Below are positions 51,230-64,000 of a stretch of 64,000 nucleotides of DNA, piece by piece. This DNA comes from Hydrolagus affinis (taxonomy: Eukaryota): assembly GCA_012026655.1 (NCBI GenBank), contig JAAILG010000082.1:1-64000 (forward strand), in the 5' to 3' direction. Position 1 is the first letter of the stretch; each line of letters starts with the position of its first letter. The notes below the pieces were generated by a model. That model was not told the DNA's origin. It did no database searches and was given only the letters and a program-made list of their open reading frames with translations. A program made the position numbers and the translations under genes.

Positions 51230-51551
51230 GGAGTCCTGTAGCTCAGTGGTTAGAGAACTCACCTCTCAAATAAGACACCTGGGTTTGACTCCCAGCAGAG
51301 CAAAGCCTTGGGCAAGTTATCTTACTCCACATGCTTAATAATAATCACTCAAGATAAATACAATAATAAATTGGGCACTTCAATCCACTACATGGGACAT
51401 TGCTGTGTGCCATTGGCTATTGTGTTTCGCTCACAAACATGCAGTCAATTCACTTTACAGCATATTCTGCGAAACACTTTGAATCATCTAGAAGACTTGA
51501 AAAAGTGCTACATCAAATGGAAAGACTAGTATTGTCAGTATTGTATTATTA
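51230..51551 (+). mobile_element. Full-length tRNA-derived SINE (diverged)
   Basis: ggagtcctgtagctcagtggttagag head; body; tail. Confidence 0.9.
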
Positions 51552-52394
51552 TACCACAGAGGAAAAAGGCAAAGGTTTAGAAAGCTGAAAAGGGCTCCTT
51601 TGGAACTCAAGGAGTTAATCGGTAACGTGCACGTACCTATGGTGAAATCCTCTCCAAATTCGTTACACAAAACATATGCGATTTTGTGACACATGATGAT
51701 GGTATTGAAGAACAGGCAAGATAGGCTGGCAGAAAGGGTCTGTTTTATTAATGCACAGAACTTTGCATTCACTTATTTTCCAGTGCGGCTCACTGGACGC
51801 AAATTTATATTCCTACGGTTACCTTAGCTCAATGTGATTGATGGCAAGAACGAGACCGTGGTATGGCTCACTTAACTTTCAATACTACTATACATAGTTC
51901 TTGTCTAAAGCGCATTAATACTTTATGAATCAGAAGTGCCCGCCATTTAATCATTACCGTACGAGATTTCCAGTGCCATCTGTTATGCAGATCGTGGGGG
52001 TAAAATGGCTCTGTGTGCGAAGAGGGGAATCAACAGCTAAACGAGGATGTTGTTCAAAATGTTTCACTCAATATTCACATGAAACTCTCTCAAAATGCAA
52101 TTACCAAGGAGCCAAGGCATTGAAAGCCGCCATTGTCCAGCAAATTTTATCCATTATCCACATTTTCTAATTAAAGTTTGCCCAGCAAACACTTTTTACA
52201 ATCACATGTTCATGTCAATTCTCCACACTTTGTACGTCACCTAACTTGCATTTACAGTAACAATGAATTTGCTAATATATTTGTGTCAAATGTCATTCAC
52301 CGCATAGCCCGTATCTCTGCAATTGCTCAAGCAGTCTCACCTAATGAGTGGCCTCAGGGCTTTTCTGCACAATTTCTCCTATGAAAGAGGTTGC

Positions 52395-52526
52395 NNNNNN
52401 NNNNNNNNNNNNNNNNNNNNNNNNNNNNNNNNNNNNNNNNNNNNNNNNNNNNNNNNNNNNNNNNNNNNNNNNNNNNNNNNNNNNNNNNNNNNNNNNNNNN
52501 NNNNNNNNNNNNNNNNNNNNNNNNNN
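52395..52526. other. Assembly gap (132 N), adjacent to (TG)n
   Basis: run of n followed by tgtgtgtgtg. Confidence 0.99.
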
Positions 52527-53285
52527 TGTGTGTGTGTAGGGAGTGTGTGTTTGGGAGTGGGAGTAGGTGGGGTGGTGGTGGTGGTGGGAGAAATTGTATA
52601 AGAGAAAAAGAGAAAATCATGCCTCAGGGTCTTTTTGCTCCAATGGCAGCGTTAATTTAAATAAAGAATGCAATTGCATCAAACATATTCCAGTTGCCGT
52701 GTCTAAACTGCCCTCGTCACGTAGACATCACGTCCATCCTTTGAGACTGAAACAAGCCCGTCCGCTAGGATGAAATATTGCACAAAGGCGTTTCCCAAAA
52801 TTGTGCCACGTTCTTTCAAAAACTGTCTGTGAGACGTCAGAAGGTGCTGCAGTGGCTGAGGAGAGGTGGGCTGTTACTCAACCCTCTTTAGCTTCGGCTC
52901 TGGTCCTATGATGTGCAGCAATAAAACTTTCTTTCAGGAGATACCAGTAACTGCATCTTTCTGGCGATTGGGGCTTCCTATGATTCAGTGATCATTGCTT
53001 CAGCTTCCCTTGTTTTCATGTACTTACTCTGGAGGACATAACTCCAATTCTCTGGAGACCAGGGTCCACCTAATTCACTTCATCACAGATTCACTCCCTG
53101 ACAAGGATATGCTTCAATGGCAACTGGATGAATGAGGAACCTGGGGTCCTTTACTGAGAAGAACACACAAACCACTGAGTCCACATGGCACAGTCCAGTG
53201 CCCACTCATGACAAGTGTCCAGGCCTAAGGTACCTAACATTAAATAGTCAAAAAGATGTCAATGCGTGTGCACAACAGGCACGTA

Positions 53286-53395
53286 TGCACACATCTGCGC
53301 ACTCACACACACACACCCACACACACACACCCACACACGCATGCATTTCCCTCCCCCCTTCCACTCCACACACATACACACACACACAAACATAC
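53286..53395. repeat. Imperfect (CA)n tract
   Basis: read directly from the sequence. Confidence 0.9.
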
Positions 53396-53749
53396 ATGTT
53401 GAAGGAACGTTAGGATGAATGTTTTGGAATCAATCCAGCAAATTAATGAAATGTGGGATAGGAATTTCCTGGTGTGAATCAGGACAACTGTTATCCTATT
53501 GTCAGATTATTTGTTTATAGCAAATTGAATCCGATCTGGTTTTGTTCAGGAAGATTGATTAACGCAGCCAACAATCACTTATGAATGGTGGTCGCCCAGC
53601 TGCGCAGAGAGTCATCAGGTTAACAGCCCCACACTGTGCAGAGGTTGACTAAGACGTTGAACGTTGGTAATGCCACAGTGCAAGTAAATACACCAGCTCC
53701 TTCTCCAGTGTGATACAGTGATTCGATTAATTAAAACAAGAACCCGCGC

Positions 53750-54068
53750 AGTTCATACAGCACTTTTCATATCGGGAGGATGCCTCAATGTGCTTCACAG
53801 GATTTAAAGTGTAGTGAAGTGGAAAGTGTAGTGACTGTGTATTTTGCAGGCAAACATTTTGGGGCACAACAGGAGAAACTCCCTTTTCAAATAGAGTGGT
53901 GGGTCTTTAATGTCCACCTGACAGGACCTTGCTTTGCAACGTCTCGTCTGGCTCGTGTCTCCAATGCTGGAGCATAAGCCTAGACAATGTGAATTCAAAC
54001 TCATAACATAGGGCTTGAACCCACAACCTTCTGATTCAAGAGGCCGGTGGGTTGCCAATCGAGCTGAC
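53750..54068 (-). mobile_element. Old Deu-domain SINE (SacSINE1-like)
   Basis: gggcttgaacccacaaccttctgattcaagaggc (tRNA head, reverse); gggtctttaatgtccacctgacagg (Deu core, reverse); L2-type tail at 53750-53790. Confidence 0.78.
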
Positions 54069-55006
54069 ACTATTAAGTCCCCCAAACTATGAGGCATCCA
54101 ATTCCACGTCTCAGTAAATCACAGTTGTAGGTGTACTGCCTTGATGAAAGCTGCACTTGGCAAACAGTATTGGGTAAAGCAGACATGAAAGTCACACATT
54201 ACTTTCATCAGAATGATGTGAGACGCAACTCAATGATGCTCTTTACCAGGTGATTTCCACCAGTGCAGCATTTTCGGTCAAAGAAGGGCAAGGTTTTCTG
54301 AGTAACATTTCATTTGAAGGAACAGCCAACCTTACCTGGTAAACTGATGACATAAGTAACAAAGTGAACAAATCTGCATTTGGACTATCAAACCTACACT
54401 GGTATAATTTCTCAACATGAGTTGCCCAGTCTCCTCCCACTCTCCTGTGCGCCTCTCGTAATATACCTCCTCTTCAAGCATCTATCCAATTCCCTTTTTA
54501 AAAGCTGTAACATGAGCAAAGGCTTCAGTAATGAATGACCCAGACAGACGGAAACGTCTGCTCTCAAGGTCACTGCTATCAAGATGGAGAGTTTACCGTA
54601 AATTTGTCTCTCTCTGAATATCTATCTGGGACTATCAGCAAAACTCTCCTGACTTGAAGCCAGCGTTTATGGCAAATGAGTTCATCGGTAGAAGCAAACA
54701 GCGGCGTTTTGTTTTGTGATATTTTAGGAAGCACTGTTTTCTAGCATCACATTCCCGGCCAAAAACAGTGATCGGTGAATCCGGCTGAGTCACTGTGGAT
54801 CTGTTTCTCAGGTCCTCTTCAGCTTCAAGTTCCAGGTGCAAATTCATACTTTCGTTTTCTCCCACTCTCGTTAGGTCTGAGAGATTCCTTTTGTTGCTGA
54901 GTGCAATAAAAAGCAACTTGATGTTGACGCACGCTTGCAGTGAGATCAACGCGGCAGCCACCGCCTGGCAACTCTCAACAGCTGGAGTGTGATTGTTGCA
55001 AATGTC

Positions 55007-55417
55007 GGCGTCCCGTAACATAGTGGTTAGCGCACTTTCCTCATGAGCGAGAGGACCTGGGTTCAAATCCCGGGGGAAGCAATACCTCAGGCGAGTTTCC
55101 TTACTCCACACACAACTGTTTACCTAGCAGTAAGCAGGAACCAGATTGTTAGTCGACTGGCTGATTGCTTTCCATGAATAAATAATTCCTCCCCCCAGAA
55201 ATGCAGGCACTACTCAATCCACGACAGTTTGTGGGACGCTGCTGTAGCAATTGCTGCCCCGTTTCGGCCACAGCATATACAATCAACTCACTTTACAGGC
55301 TGAAAGGCGCTATACAAGTGTATTTTTGTTGTTGTTGTCGTATTCTGTGAAGCATTTTGAGATGCCTTAACAACATGATAATACATTAGATTGAATGCAA
55401 GGATTATTATTGTTATT
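55007..55417 (+). mobile_element. Longer SINE subfamily (tRNA head, complete CORE-like segment, Deu-SINE-like 3' part) with an inserted tail fragment ending (GTT)n at ~55298-55340
   Basis: A/B boxes; gtttccttactccacacacaactgtttacctagcagtaagcagg; body shared with the young copies. Confidence 0.8.
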
Positions 55418-55699
55418 ACAGTATTAGGTTTTCACTGCTTTGTTTTAGGAAATCTGCTTGTTTTTCAAAAAAAAAAAAAATGTTTACGTGGTTCCTTTGT
55501 CCATCGGAAGGGAGATCGATGGCTCAAGGTTTTCTACTGTTTCATAGTCTGCAGAGCTAAGCACGAACCGCATAAGGTATTGTCAGGGAAGTTGGGTTTA
55601 TCCCATTGGCTCCACATTTCTTTATCAGGCTCAGTGCCAAAAAACGTGCATTTGTTTAAATGTTCCTAAAGCATCAGCAACCCATTTATACCACACAGG

Positions 55700-55945
55700 T
55701 CTGAATACCAGAGTACAACAAGAAAGCAGAGGTTTAGAGTTGCTAATAGTAATGCCAGGAAGCATAGATGTATCCAGCAGGTAATTAATGACTGAAACAA
55801 ATTGCCAAGAAGGTTGGTTGAGGCTGAGGCGTTTAAGAAACAGCTTGATGCTGTGATGGGAAGATGGCAGGATGAGTATTCTGGATGAGATAAAATGGGC
55901 CAATGGGTCTTCTTCATCCACTGGTCCTCGATATTGTGACTCGTA
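55700..55945 (+). mobile_element. CR1 LINE 3' end remnant
   Basis: translates ...QVIND*NKLPRRLVEAEAFKKQLDAVM (CR1 ORF2 C-terminal pattern RVVNxWNxLP..VEA..FK..LD), then a ggatgag..atgggccaatgg..ttc.tcatcc 3'UTR hairpin. Confidence 0.75.
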
Positions 55946-57357
55946 AGCTGGGCTTCAGAGTAAACTGGACATTCTGAATTCTCGTTTGCTCTCCCACCAA
56001 TTCACTGCCCACCACATTGTAAAAACAGAACAAAAATGCACGTTGCTCCAGAAGCAAACACCAGATATGATCATCGAGACTATAGAAAACAGATTTGTGT
56101 TGAGTACCAGGGTTTTTTTTTTTGCTCTTTGCATCGACAAATATATTTTTCATTAATGCTCACCATTCCTTCGGAGTACAAGGATGATTTAAGTTTGTCA
56201 TTCACAATCACACATCGAAAGTCAACAGACAAGTCATTGTGAATTCCACAGCACACTGATGCCACCCCATGCTGGGTTTGCCAGATTATTATGTAGGGAA
56301 CAGCAAGATATATTTTGAATATAGATCAATAAACTAACATCAGAACGGCTCACAAAAACATGTAAATGATATTCTTTCTTCTTCTAGTAATCAAAAACCT
56401 TGTTGTGAAGTGAAATGCTGTATCTCTTTAGCTTACATAGCAGAAAGGATGCCTGTATCTTCTTCTGTCCTGCCATAGAGGAATTCAAATTCCTCTTTAG
56501 ATGTGCAATACATTGAACTAATGTGAGATGACAGCCTTGAATACGAAGATTCTCCAGATTTTTCACAAACATAATTCCATTAGATACAACAGGAGTTTTC
56601 CGCGGCGTTTCAAAACACAATTGTTTTTTTTATTGCGTTCTCATTGTGCTTCCTTTTAATAGGGTGATGTAATGGCATTTTGTTCCGCGCTTGTACGGTT
56701 TAGAAATTATAAACAGGAGTTGTGATTGTTCTTGTTTTCAGCCATACAGGAATTTCCATCTTTCACGGGTCTCCCATCCTAATGAATCACCGTGGTGTGC
56801 TTCCGAGCCCCTTTATAATCCATGCTTGAATGCAACGGTATATTTTGCACAATTGTTAGTCATAGCTGCTTCTGGTACATACAAAGTAAATCCATCAATT
56901 TAATGCTAACGATTCTCCATGAAATTTGTATTTCACATGAGCTCCAAACAGCTGCGGTGTGATCAACTGAAGGGAAATCACATAAATGTGCCAGGGCCGT
57001 GACCCAGTCATTTCATGTTAAAACTGCAATCTAACTTATTCTTCTTCCCCCACACACACCCACCCCCCCCCTTTCATTTTAGCTGGACTTGCAGTGTGCT
57101 GTTAACACAGTCCCTCTGAGAATATGTGTCTTTCGCAGTCAAGACAAACATTCCAAACAAAGTGATACACTTCCAGGGGGAGACGTAAGCATTCCCTGAC
57201 GTACAAAAGAGATGTGTTGCCATGTGAGCGGAAAGCTGAAGACTCGAGATGCTCATAAAAGCACAGAAATTGCAATATTGTGGAGCCCCACAAAAATCAC
57301 ATGAAGAAAGCTCTGCGACTGATTTAATCTAATTTTTCCAGCACATAAATCCCCCCA

Positions 57358-57358
<1 letters not shown>

Positions 57359-57388
<30 letters not shown>
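57359..57388. repeat. (CA)n microsatellite
   Basis: read directly from the sequence. Confidence 0.95.
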
Positions 57389-57391
<3 letters not shown>

Positions 57392-57399
57392 TGCCAAGA

Positions 57400-57525
57400 A
57401 GAACATCAAGTGGTTTCTTAAAGTTATCGAGCGCGCCTGGTCTCTACAACTCTCATGGTAACTGGTTCCAGGCGTTAATTACTCTCTGGGTAAATACTTC
57501 CCAACATCCGCCTAAAATTGCACTA
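57400..57525 (-). mobile_element. CR1 LINE ORF2 C-terminal remnant
   Basis: minus strand reads FTQRVINAWNQLP*...FKKPLD. Confidence 0.72.
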
Positions 57526-57703
57526 CATAAATCTGAATCGCTGAATTCTGTGAATTGCTTTGAGATGTCTCAATGATATGATCTAACCCCATGTCAAATG
57601 CAAAGATTATTACCAGATTATTTTTCCCATAATTAGCAGCAAGGAAAAAAAATGGAGTTCATAAGAACTTGGCAATGAATACAAACGCATATTCGAACCT
57701 ATT

Positions 57704-57985
57704 TGTGGAGTCCTGTAGCTCAGTGGATAGAGCACTCGCCTTACAAGCGAGAGACCTGGGTTAAATTCCCGGCAGGGCGAAACCTTGAGCAAGTTTCCTT
57801 CCTCCACACGCCTAATAACTGCTGGTGTGAAAATAGCTGCTGCGTTTTGCCCACAAATATACAGTCAATTCACTTTTCAGTATATTCTGTTTAAAATATA
57901 TTCTATACAGTATATATTTTGAGACGTTTAGAAGACGTGAAAAGCGCGATATCAAATGCAAGGATTATTATTGTTATTATTGTTT
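57704..57985 (+). mobile_element. tRNA-derived SINE with internal deletion
   Basis: head, ccttgagcaagtttcctt segment, tail. Confidence 0.92.
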
Positions 57986-58736
57986 ATGATCAAATTTCAA
58001 TTCTTCAGCAAGAAGAAAAACAAAATGCAACAATTAAAGGGAGATAAAAGGTTCAGCTCTCGGATCCATTCAGAAATTCTTACTTGATGAAGGACGGCAT
58101 CCTTCCAGTAAATCAATGTAAATATTTAACAATCAGGACACAAAAGCTGCTAGACATCAGTAAAATCTGTTAGTAATTGCAAACATGCTATCGAGGATTT
58201 TAGCAAAAGATCCAAATGACTGAGAACACATTTAATCCCCTGAAAGGGGCTGTGGTTTGGGCAAAGTTAAGAGTTTTAAAAAAATTGAATGTGGGAGAGA
58301 AGGTGGAGGATAGGTCACGCTGGAACAATTTGTATTTTGATAGTTTCAAACAGGGATGTGAAGTGAAAAATGAGATTACATTTTTCTTATATAACAAATC
58401 ATACCGATTTTTCCTAGGTCCAGAAATTGACAGGGTGAACTGCATTAAATCCACCGTCTCGACAGATAGGACAAGCCCAATGTTCTTACCAGATATCTCT
58501 GATTACAGGGATGAGCAGATGAATCTTGCAAGCTGCTAGATGGGCATGGAATCTATCTGTCAAAGGTCAATGGATCTGGCCAGATGCCTGATTATGTTTT
58601 GGCTGAAGTACTGTACCGAGGACTGAGAGATCTCAATGCAACTACCCTAAGAGGGATCAGTATTGCGATTAATTTGAGATTTGGAAAGTCTAAATCCTAA
58701 TTCCGAAAATAAAACAGGTCAGCAGAGGATTGGGGG

Positions 58737-58769
58737 AAGAGAGAGAGAGCGAGAGAGAGAGAGAGAGAG
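58737..58769. repeat. (GA)n microsatellite
   Basis: read directly from the sequence. Confidence 0.95.
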
Positions 58770-59174
58770 CCCCAGAAACCATCGGAAAAACACAGATGCT
58801 GCCTGTGATCAAGAAGGTGAAACAAAGTCCCTGTACTGGCTGTTTGTGTGCAGACTTTATTTCAACTTCTGTATCTCTGTCAAATATTCTAATGTCAAAC
58901 TGAATTCATCCTTTGGATTTGACTTGATCTCATCTGTCCGGAATTCCCATTCCCTACTACTACATCAGAGTCATTTTATGTTTCGATAAGAAAGAATGAA
59001 ACCCCAAAAAAGGCCAATTTGATTGCCAAGTGTGCTCCTGCCACACACTGTGTCTGATATTCCCTGACATGGGCATCACTCAATCCATTTAATCTCTTGA
59101 GGGAAACTTCTGACCCCAAATACTGTACATCTAATTAACCAAAATTATTTGACCCTGATATGTTGCCTTTCACA

Positions 59175-59449
59175 GAGTCCTGTAACTTGTCCGCTCTCTC
59201 CACCCTCTCTGGGTTTGATCCTTAGGCAAGTTTCCTTACTCCACACGACGAACAATAATCCCTCGAAAACATATTAGTCATTTCAATCTACAACTGTTTG
59301 TGGGACACTGCTGTGTGCAATTGGCTGCCATGTTATGCTCACAACTATACAGTCAATTTACTTTACAGTACATTCTGTGGAGAGCTTTGAGATGTTGAGT
59401 TGACGTGAAAAGCACTATATCAAATGCAAGGATTATTATTATTATCATT
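59175..59449 (+). mobile_element. SINE with degenerate head
   Basis: body and tail consensus. Confidence 0.88.
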
Positions 59450-60878
59450 GGATATTTTCAGTGCACGGCACTACAGTTCACTGAAAAATCTGAAGATATT
59501 GCTGTGGGTAAGGACTGCTGAGGTCTAAAGTATATGGATTTCACGGTTTGTTTCCTCTCGGAAGAGGAAAATGTGTGGAAAAGATTGCAATGGCACAAAG
59601 AACACAAATTCCAGAAGATAAGCTTCAAATTGCTGTAGATGTAGATGTAACCCAGTGCTTCGGTAAATTAACACAAAGAGGAAATTCCTTGTTTTTTGAG
59701 AGACAGAATCATGTTGAACATATGGAGAAAGTGAGACGTTTGGTTGTTCATCCACTGTGAATAGCTAAGGCAGTTTTCAATGTTCCAAGCCAAAAATTAG
59801 ACAGACGGCACAGTCTCAATTGACCTAAAGGCTATTTTATCACATTTAACAAATTCTACTTAAATGCAAGTGTCAGTACAGCACTAAGCTGGAGGATATG
59901 AAATCATTTTCTTTCTTTAGTCATTTTCAACTTGCCACCCTGAGTGCAGAATGAAGGCACGCCAAGGAAGTCTCCTCTGATAGTCAAGAACATGAAAGAC
60001 TGAATGATGAGCTACCATCAGATAGATAATTCAGCAGGGAAAAATGGGCTCACATCTCAATTCTACAAGGTAATAGCAAAACAACATTACCGTACTTCAC
60101 TTTCCAGCCCCGCTTTTACTGAAGAATTAAACAAGAGAAGCTTTGGAGAAATTATAAGCCCTGGAAAGTTTTAAGGGGAGGAGGAGGGTTGGAGGGGGGG
60201 GTTAGTTTAAAGAAGCATTTCAAACTGGAATGAAGGATGCAAGCATGGGTAATAGAGAAAGAGAGAACCAGAGGATGGGGGCTGCATTAGCTGGTCAAGC
60301 AGCAGAAGCAATGTTTTTATGATATACGAGTTTCACTTATTTTATTAGTATATTAAATATTAAAGCTACCCTAATACCTCAAGTGCATTCCTACTATATT
60401 ATCCAATTCCCTCAGACTCACAGGATGTTGAACAATGATAAAGAATTCCATGTAAATGTTGAAAGAGGTATGCGTTTCAGAAAAGGAATGTGAATAAACA
60501 GTTTTTTTTTCCAAAAAGTATTCCTTTGCCCCTCTCTGCATTCGCTGTTCACCTTAAAAAGATGATTGTTAATTCATTTAAACAAAATCACAGCAATTCC
60601 TGGCTGTACCACCCATACTTCAGCTCTATTCTCAGTTAAAGCCGCTCTCAACCAGCCCTCAATTCACTTCATCACGAGCACAATAAATAACACTGATACC
60701 TAAAGGCTGCAAATATAACTACTTCTGGAGTTTAAAAAAAATTGCAAACGCTGCATAATTTACTCACTGCAATTAAAAATGGATATCTTTGAAAACACAA
60801 AAGGCCTGGAATAAAAGATAAATGGGACGCGAGTCCTGAGTATTTGTGCTACAAATTCATTCACCTGAGCTGTGTAAG

Positions 60879-61208
60879 TAATAATAAATAATCCTTGCAT
60901 TTTCATATAGTGCTTTTACATGTCTTCTAGATGTCTCAAAGTGCTTCACAGAATATACTGTAGAGTGAATTGACTGTATATTTGTGGGCAAAACGCGGCA
61001 GCCAATTGTGCACAGCAGCGTCCCACAAACCGTCGTGGATTAAAATGACCAATTTTTTATTGCAGGTTATTTTGAGATGTATTATTATTAGGCATGTGGA
61101 GAAAAAGAAACTTGCCCAAGGTTTTACCCTCTGAACTGCCCGGATTCGAAACACAGGCCTCACGTTTGGAAGGGGAGTGCTCTAACCACTGAGCTACTGG
61201 ATTCCACA
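60879..61208 (-). mobile_element. Full-length tRNA-derived SINE
   Basis: head (A/B boxes), body and tail on the minus strand. Confidence 0.93.
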
Positions 61209-63299
61209 GTAACTCACAGATACCCACCCCTGCGTCAGTATGGTAACATATAACATCTCTCACACCCTAAGGGTCCTGCGCCATCCAACGTCTTGTACAC
61301 TCACGGTGTGTGAGAGATGCTATATGTTGCCTAGGCATAGCCACATCGACCGCAGTCAGCCTCAGACCTTTCTGTCCCGTTGGCAAGCCTCCAGTGAAAT
61401 TGTAAACCTCGGCTATAAAAAGGACACTGACAGGTGTGTGGCATTTGCTCCCAATGGGTCGTACTCAGCATGAACCATCTGATAAAGGGAATATTTTACT
61501 TGCAGCACATGTATTCCCTCCCAGTCGAGGCTGGTATCTTCCTCCTCCCCACCCCTGGTTGAATTGCCTGCTTCTGGCACTCAAGGTCCAGGTTGCACAA
61601 ACGCACCCAGAAAGTAAAAATCACTATTCCTGAGAAAGATTTGCACCAAATAGTGTATGATCGTATTATATCCTCCATTGCTTCATTACATCAGCACCTG
61701 CCTTACCAAAGGCATAAATACAAAGGAACAGATTGAGCTACAGCCAACGGGGTGTCTCATTATCAAAGACCAAGCCGCAAAACGTCCGACCAGCTCAAAG
61801 CAGGTCAGCGATCATCAGTATAAGACTTTTTAAAATAAAGTACCTGTCAAGTTTCTCTCCCACCACCCACCCCCGCCCTAGGAAAGTCAGATTGACTGAT
61901 AACCCAATCAAATATTTTTTCTAGAAAGAAGAAGGGCACAGAATACCACACACTGCAGAACCTTACAGAATAAACTGACTCGACTCGTTGTATCAGTTTC
62001 AGTATTTCATTTGAAGCAGAAAAGGTCGGACACGTTGAATAAACAACTCTGGATGAAAGACTGGATATCTTCTTCAGCAAGGCAAAGGAAGCACACTGAC
62101 AAAAGAGCTCATTGGCTTTGAAAGCTGCTTCAGACCTTACTGAAGATTTCCTCGGTGCCAATGAATGAATATAGTGAGAGCTGAGGAATGTGCAGCTGAA
62201 CACTGCCCATAGTTTATGGCAATGACTAAAATCCAATCCATTCAGGTCAAAATTTATTCCAACTACATCTAACACCTTGGCCTTTCAGATATTGGAGGAT
62301 GTCTCGCTAGTTCTTTTGGGAACCTCCTCCATAGATTGTCTCTGTGCAGAGGTCGTGTGCAATCAGTTTGACAAGGTTTGCTGCTCAGTTCATATTGAGA
62401 GACAGAAAAGACTTTCTCCCCAGACAGGAAGTGAGTTTCTTCAACGATGAATTTGGCTCCTTTGACACAATATTCAGTACGTTAAAAAACCTCCCCCCCA
62501 CCCCACCACTCTTATCAGATGCAGGACAGAATCAAGCATTATGATTGCCTGCACAATGTGAATTGGGGTGACACAGACTAACATTAATCGGCACTGTTAG
62601 TTTATTTTTAAAGAATAAGAGGCGACCTTTTATTCAGTCTTTGCAGACACGTCTGAAATGACACAGGTGGAAAACTGGATACAGAAAAACTCGTATCAGA
62701 CTGGTATGTGTATAAATCTGTCCGTCCTGTTGAATTTCCTATAACTTTGGCAAGTTTCATATAACTCATACTTTGTATGTCATATTAAATGTATGATACG
62801 ACGTACAACAACAACAAAATTACATTTGTGTAGTGCCTTTTACGTCCCAAGGCGCTGAAGGTTTAGTGTACCAGATGCTGGCGAAAATGGTCATTGGCCA
62901 ACATCCAGTTTTCTTATGGTGGGAGAGCATGCTCCCAGGTCTCCAGTAATGCTTCCCTGAGCAGTGCACATGGGATAGGGAGGATTGCACACATGGATGA
63001 TAGGCTGGAGTTAGTGAATGCTACATCTCGTAATGCACTGAAATAAAAGCTCAGGATCACAGCAGCTGTGGTTTGAGGTGCAGCCAGGGCACCTGGGGCC
63101 TGTTTCTGACTGTGAAAGATTCTATTCAGATGGCATAGATACCGGTCGAGGCAGATTAGTACTATAATTGTAAAGAGGAATTTGAAAACTTGGTACTTAG
63201 AGAGAGTGAGAGTATGTAGTATGAGTTGAAGCAACTTATCTGCCTAGTTTTAATAGCGGTTGCATTAGTGTTCCTCAGTATCAAATTAATGTTGACTCA

Positions 63300-63460
63300 A
63301 TTGGTCACCCAATCCACCGTTGTGTGCAATTGGCTGCCACATTTCGCCCACAAAATTGTCAATCGATTTTACAATACATTCTGTGAAGCGCATTGAGACA
63401 TCTCAATGACATGATAAGGCTCTATACCACATGCAAGGATTATTTATTATTATTATTATT
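63300..63460 (+). mobile_element. SINE 3' part
   Basis: tail consensus with (att)n. Confidence 0.85.
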
Positions 63461-64000
63461 ACAACACATGAAACAGCACAACATGGGAGTGTACCACAAA
63501 TGTACAAACATCAAGCAAAGCGAGAAGCCGGGAGATTGACCCTCGAGGCGATCACTTACATTTTCTGCGCTCCCCGATATTTTATTACGTTTGAAAACAC
63601 CTGGTTTCTTGCCCCCAACCACTAACACCCTCCCGCCACCCCAGATACAAATGTATTTAAAGAAAGTAATTTCTTACTGTTCCTAATAGAAACTGCAGTG
63701 GAGATGGGCTTTTTTTCTTTCGAAACAGGCAATGAGGCCCCGCATTTCAATCATGACATTCAAACCAGCGAGCGAGATTGTGCCACAGATTCATATTGCC
63801 GAGACACTAAGCTTCATTTCACAGTGGGTTACAGGGAAATAGCATATGCTGAACATATTATACTGCGGGAGCGTATCAAAGAGTTCAGATAAGGTCATAA
63901 AACATGAGCAGTTTATCAATATCATCTGAAACCCACGAGATGTGCTACCGCCTTGAAACATATCCCTACGTATTCATTTATGTTTTATAATACATAAAGA

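Noticed and set aside
52323-52660. ORFs containing long X runs
   Set aside because: Artefacts of translating the N gap.
57704-57780. tRNA-like cloverleafs (TAC/TGC anticodon loops) here and at 29257, 34779, 46710 and 61135
   Set aside because: These are SINE heads fused to SINE bodies; the anticodon varies between copies and there is no oligo-T terminator, so they are not tRNA genes.
61847-62275. ORF containing GLDFSHCH and NELF, superficially like exon 4 (LDFCHSH, GELF)
   Set aside because: Motifs are in the wrong order, with no other identity and no matching splice sites.

Overview
Vertebrate genomic DNA, not prokaryotic. The tRNA-headed SINE family with (ATT)n tails suggests a cartilaginous fish, probably the chimaera Callorhinchus milii (inference). 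The window lies inside one minus-strand gene, BRSK2 (SAD-A; AMPK-related brain-selective Ser/Thr kinase). Fifteen phase-compatible GT-AG exons, numbered 5-19 as in human BRSK2, run from 39531 down to 1024 (1574 nt). They encode the kinase C-lobe ([12 protein letters not shown]-loop LETSCGSPHYACPE), UBA domain, Pro-rich linker, autoinhibitory KKSWFGNF segment and KA1 domain. Exons 1-4 and the canonical last exon were not found. The most notable signals are in alternative splicing: (i) an in-frame 402-nt (134-aa) upstream extension of exon 14 with its own acceptor and BRSK1-like motifs; (ii) a 66-nt cassette exon; (iii) a candidate alternative terminal exon/3'UTR after exon 19; (iv) several weaker candidate cryptic or poison exons; (v) Rbfox UGCAUG motifs near the alternative exons. 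Introns hold more than 25 SINE copies of three structurally related classes, a Tigger/MER44-like MITE nested in a SINE, CR1/L2 remnants, microsatellites, a 132-N gap and several enhancer-like non-coding blocks. No wholly new biological system can be demonstrated from sequence alone. Repeat-family names and human comparisons come from recalled sequences and need database confirmation.
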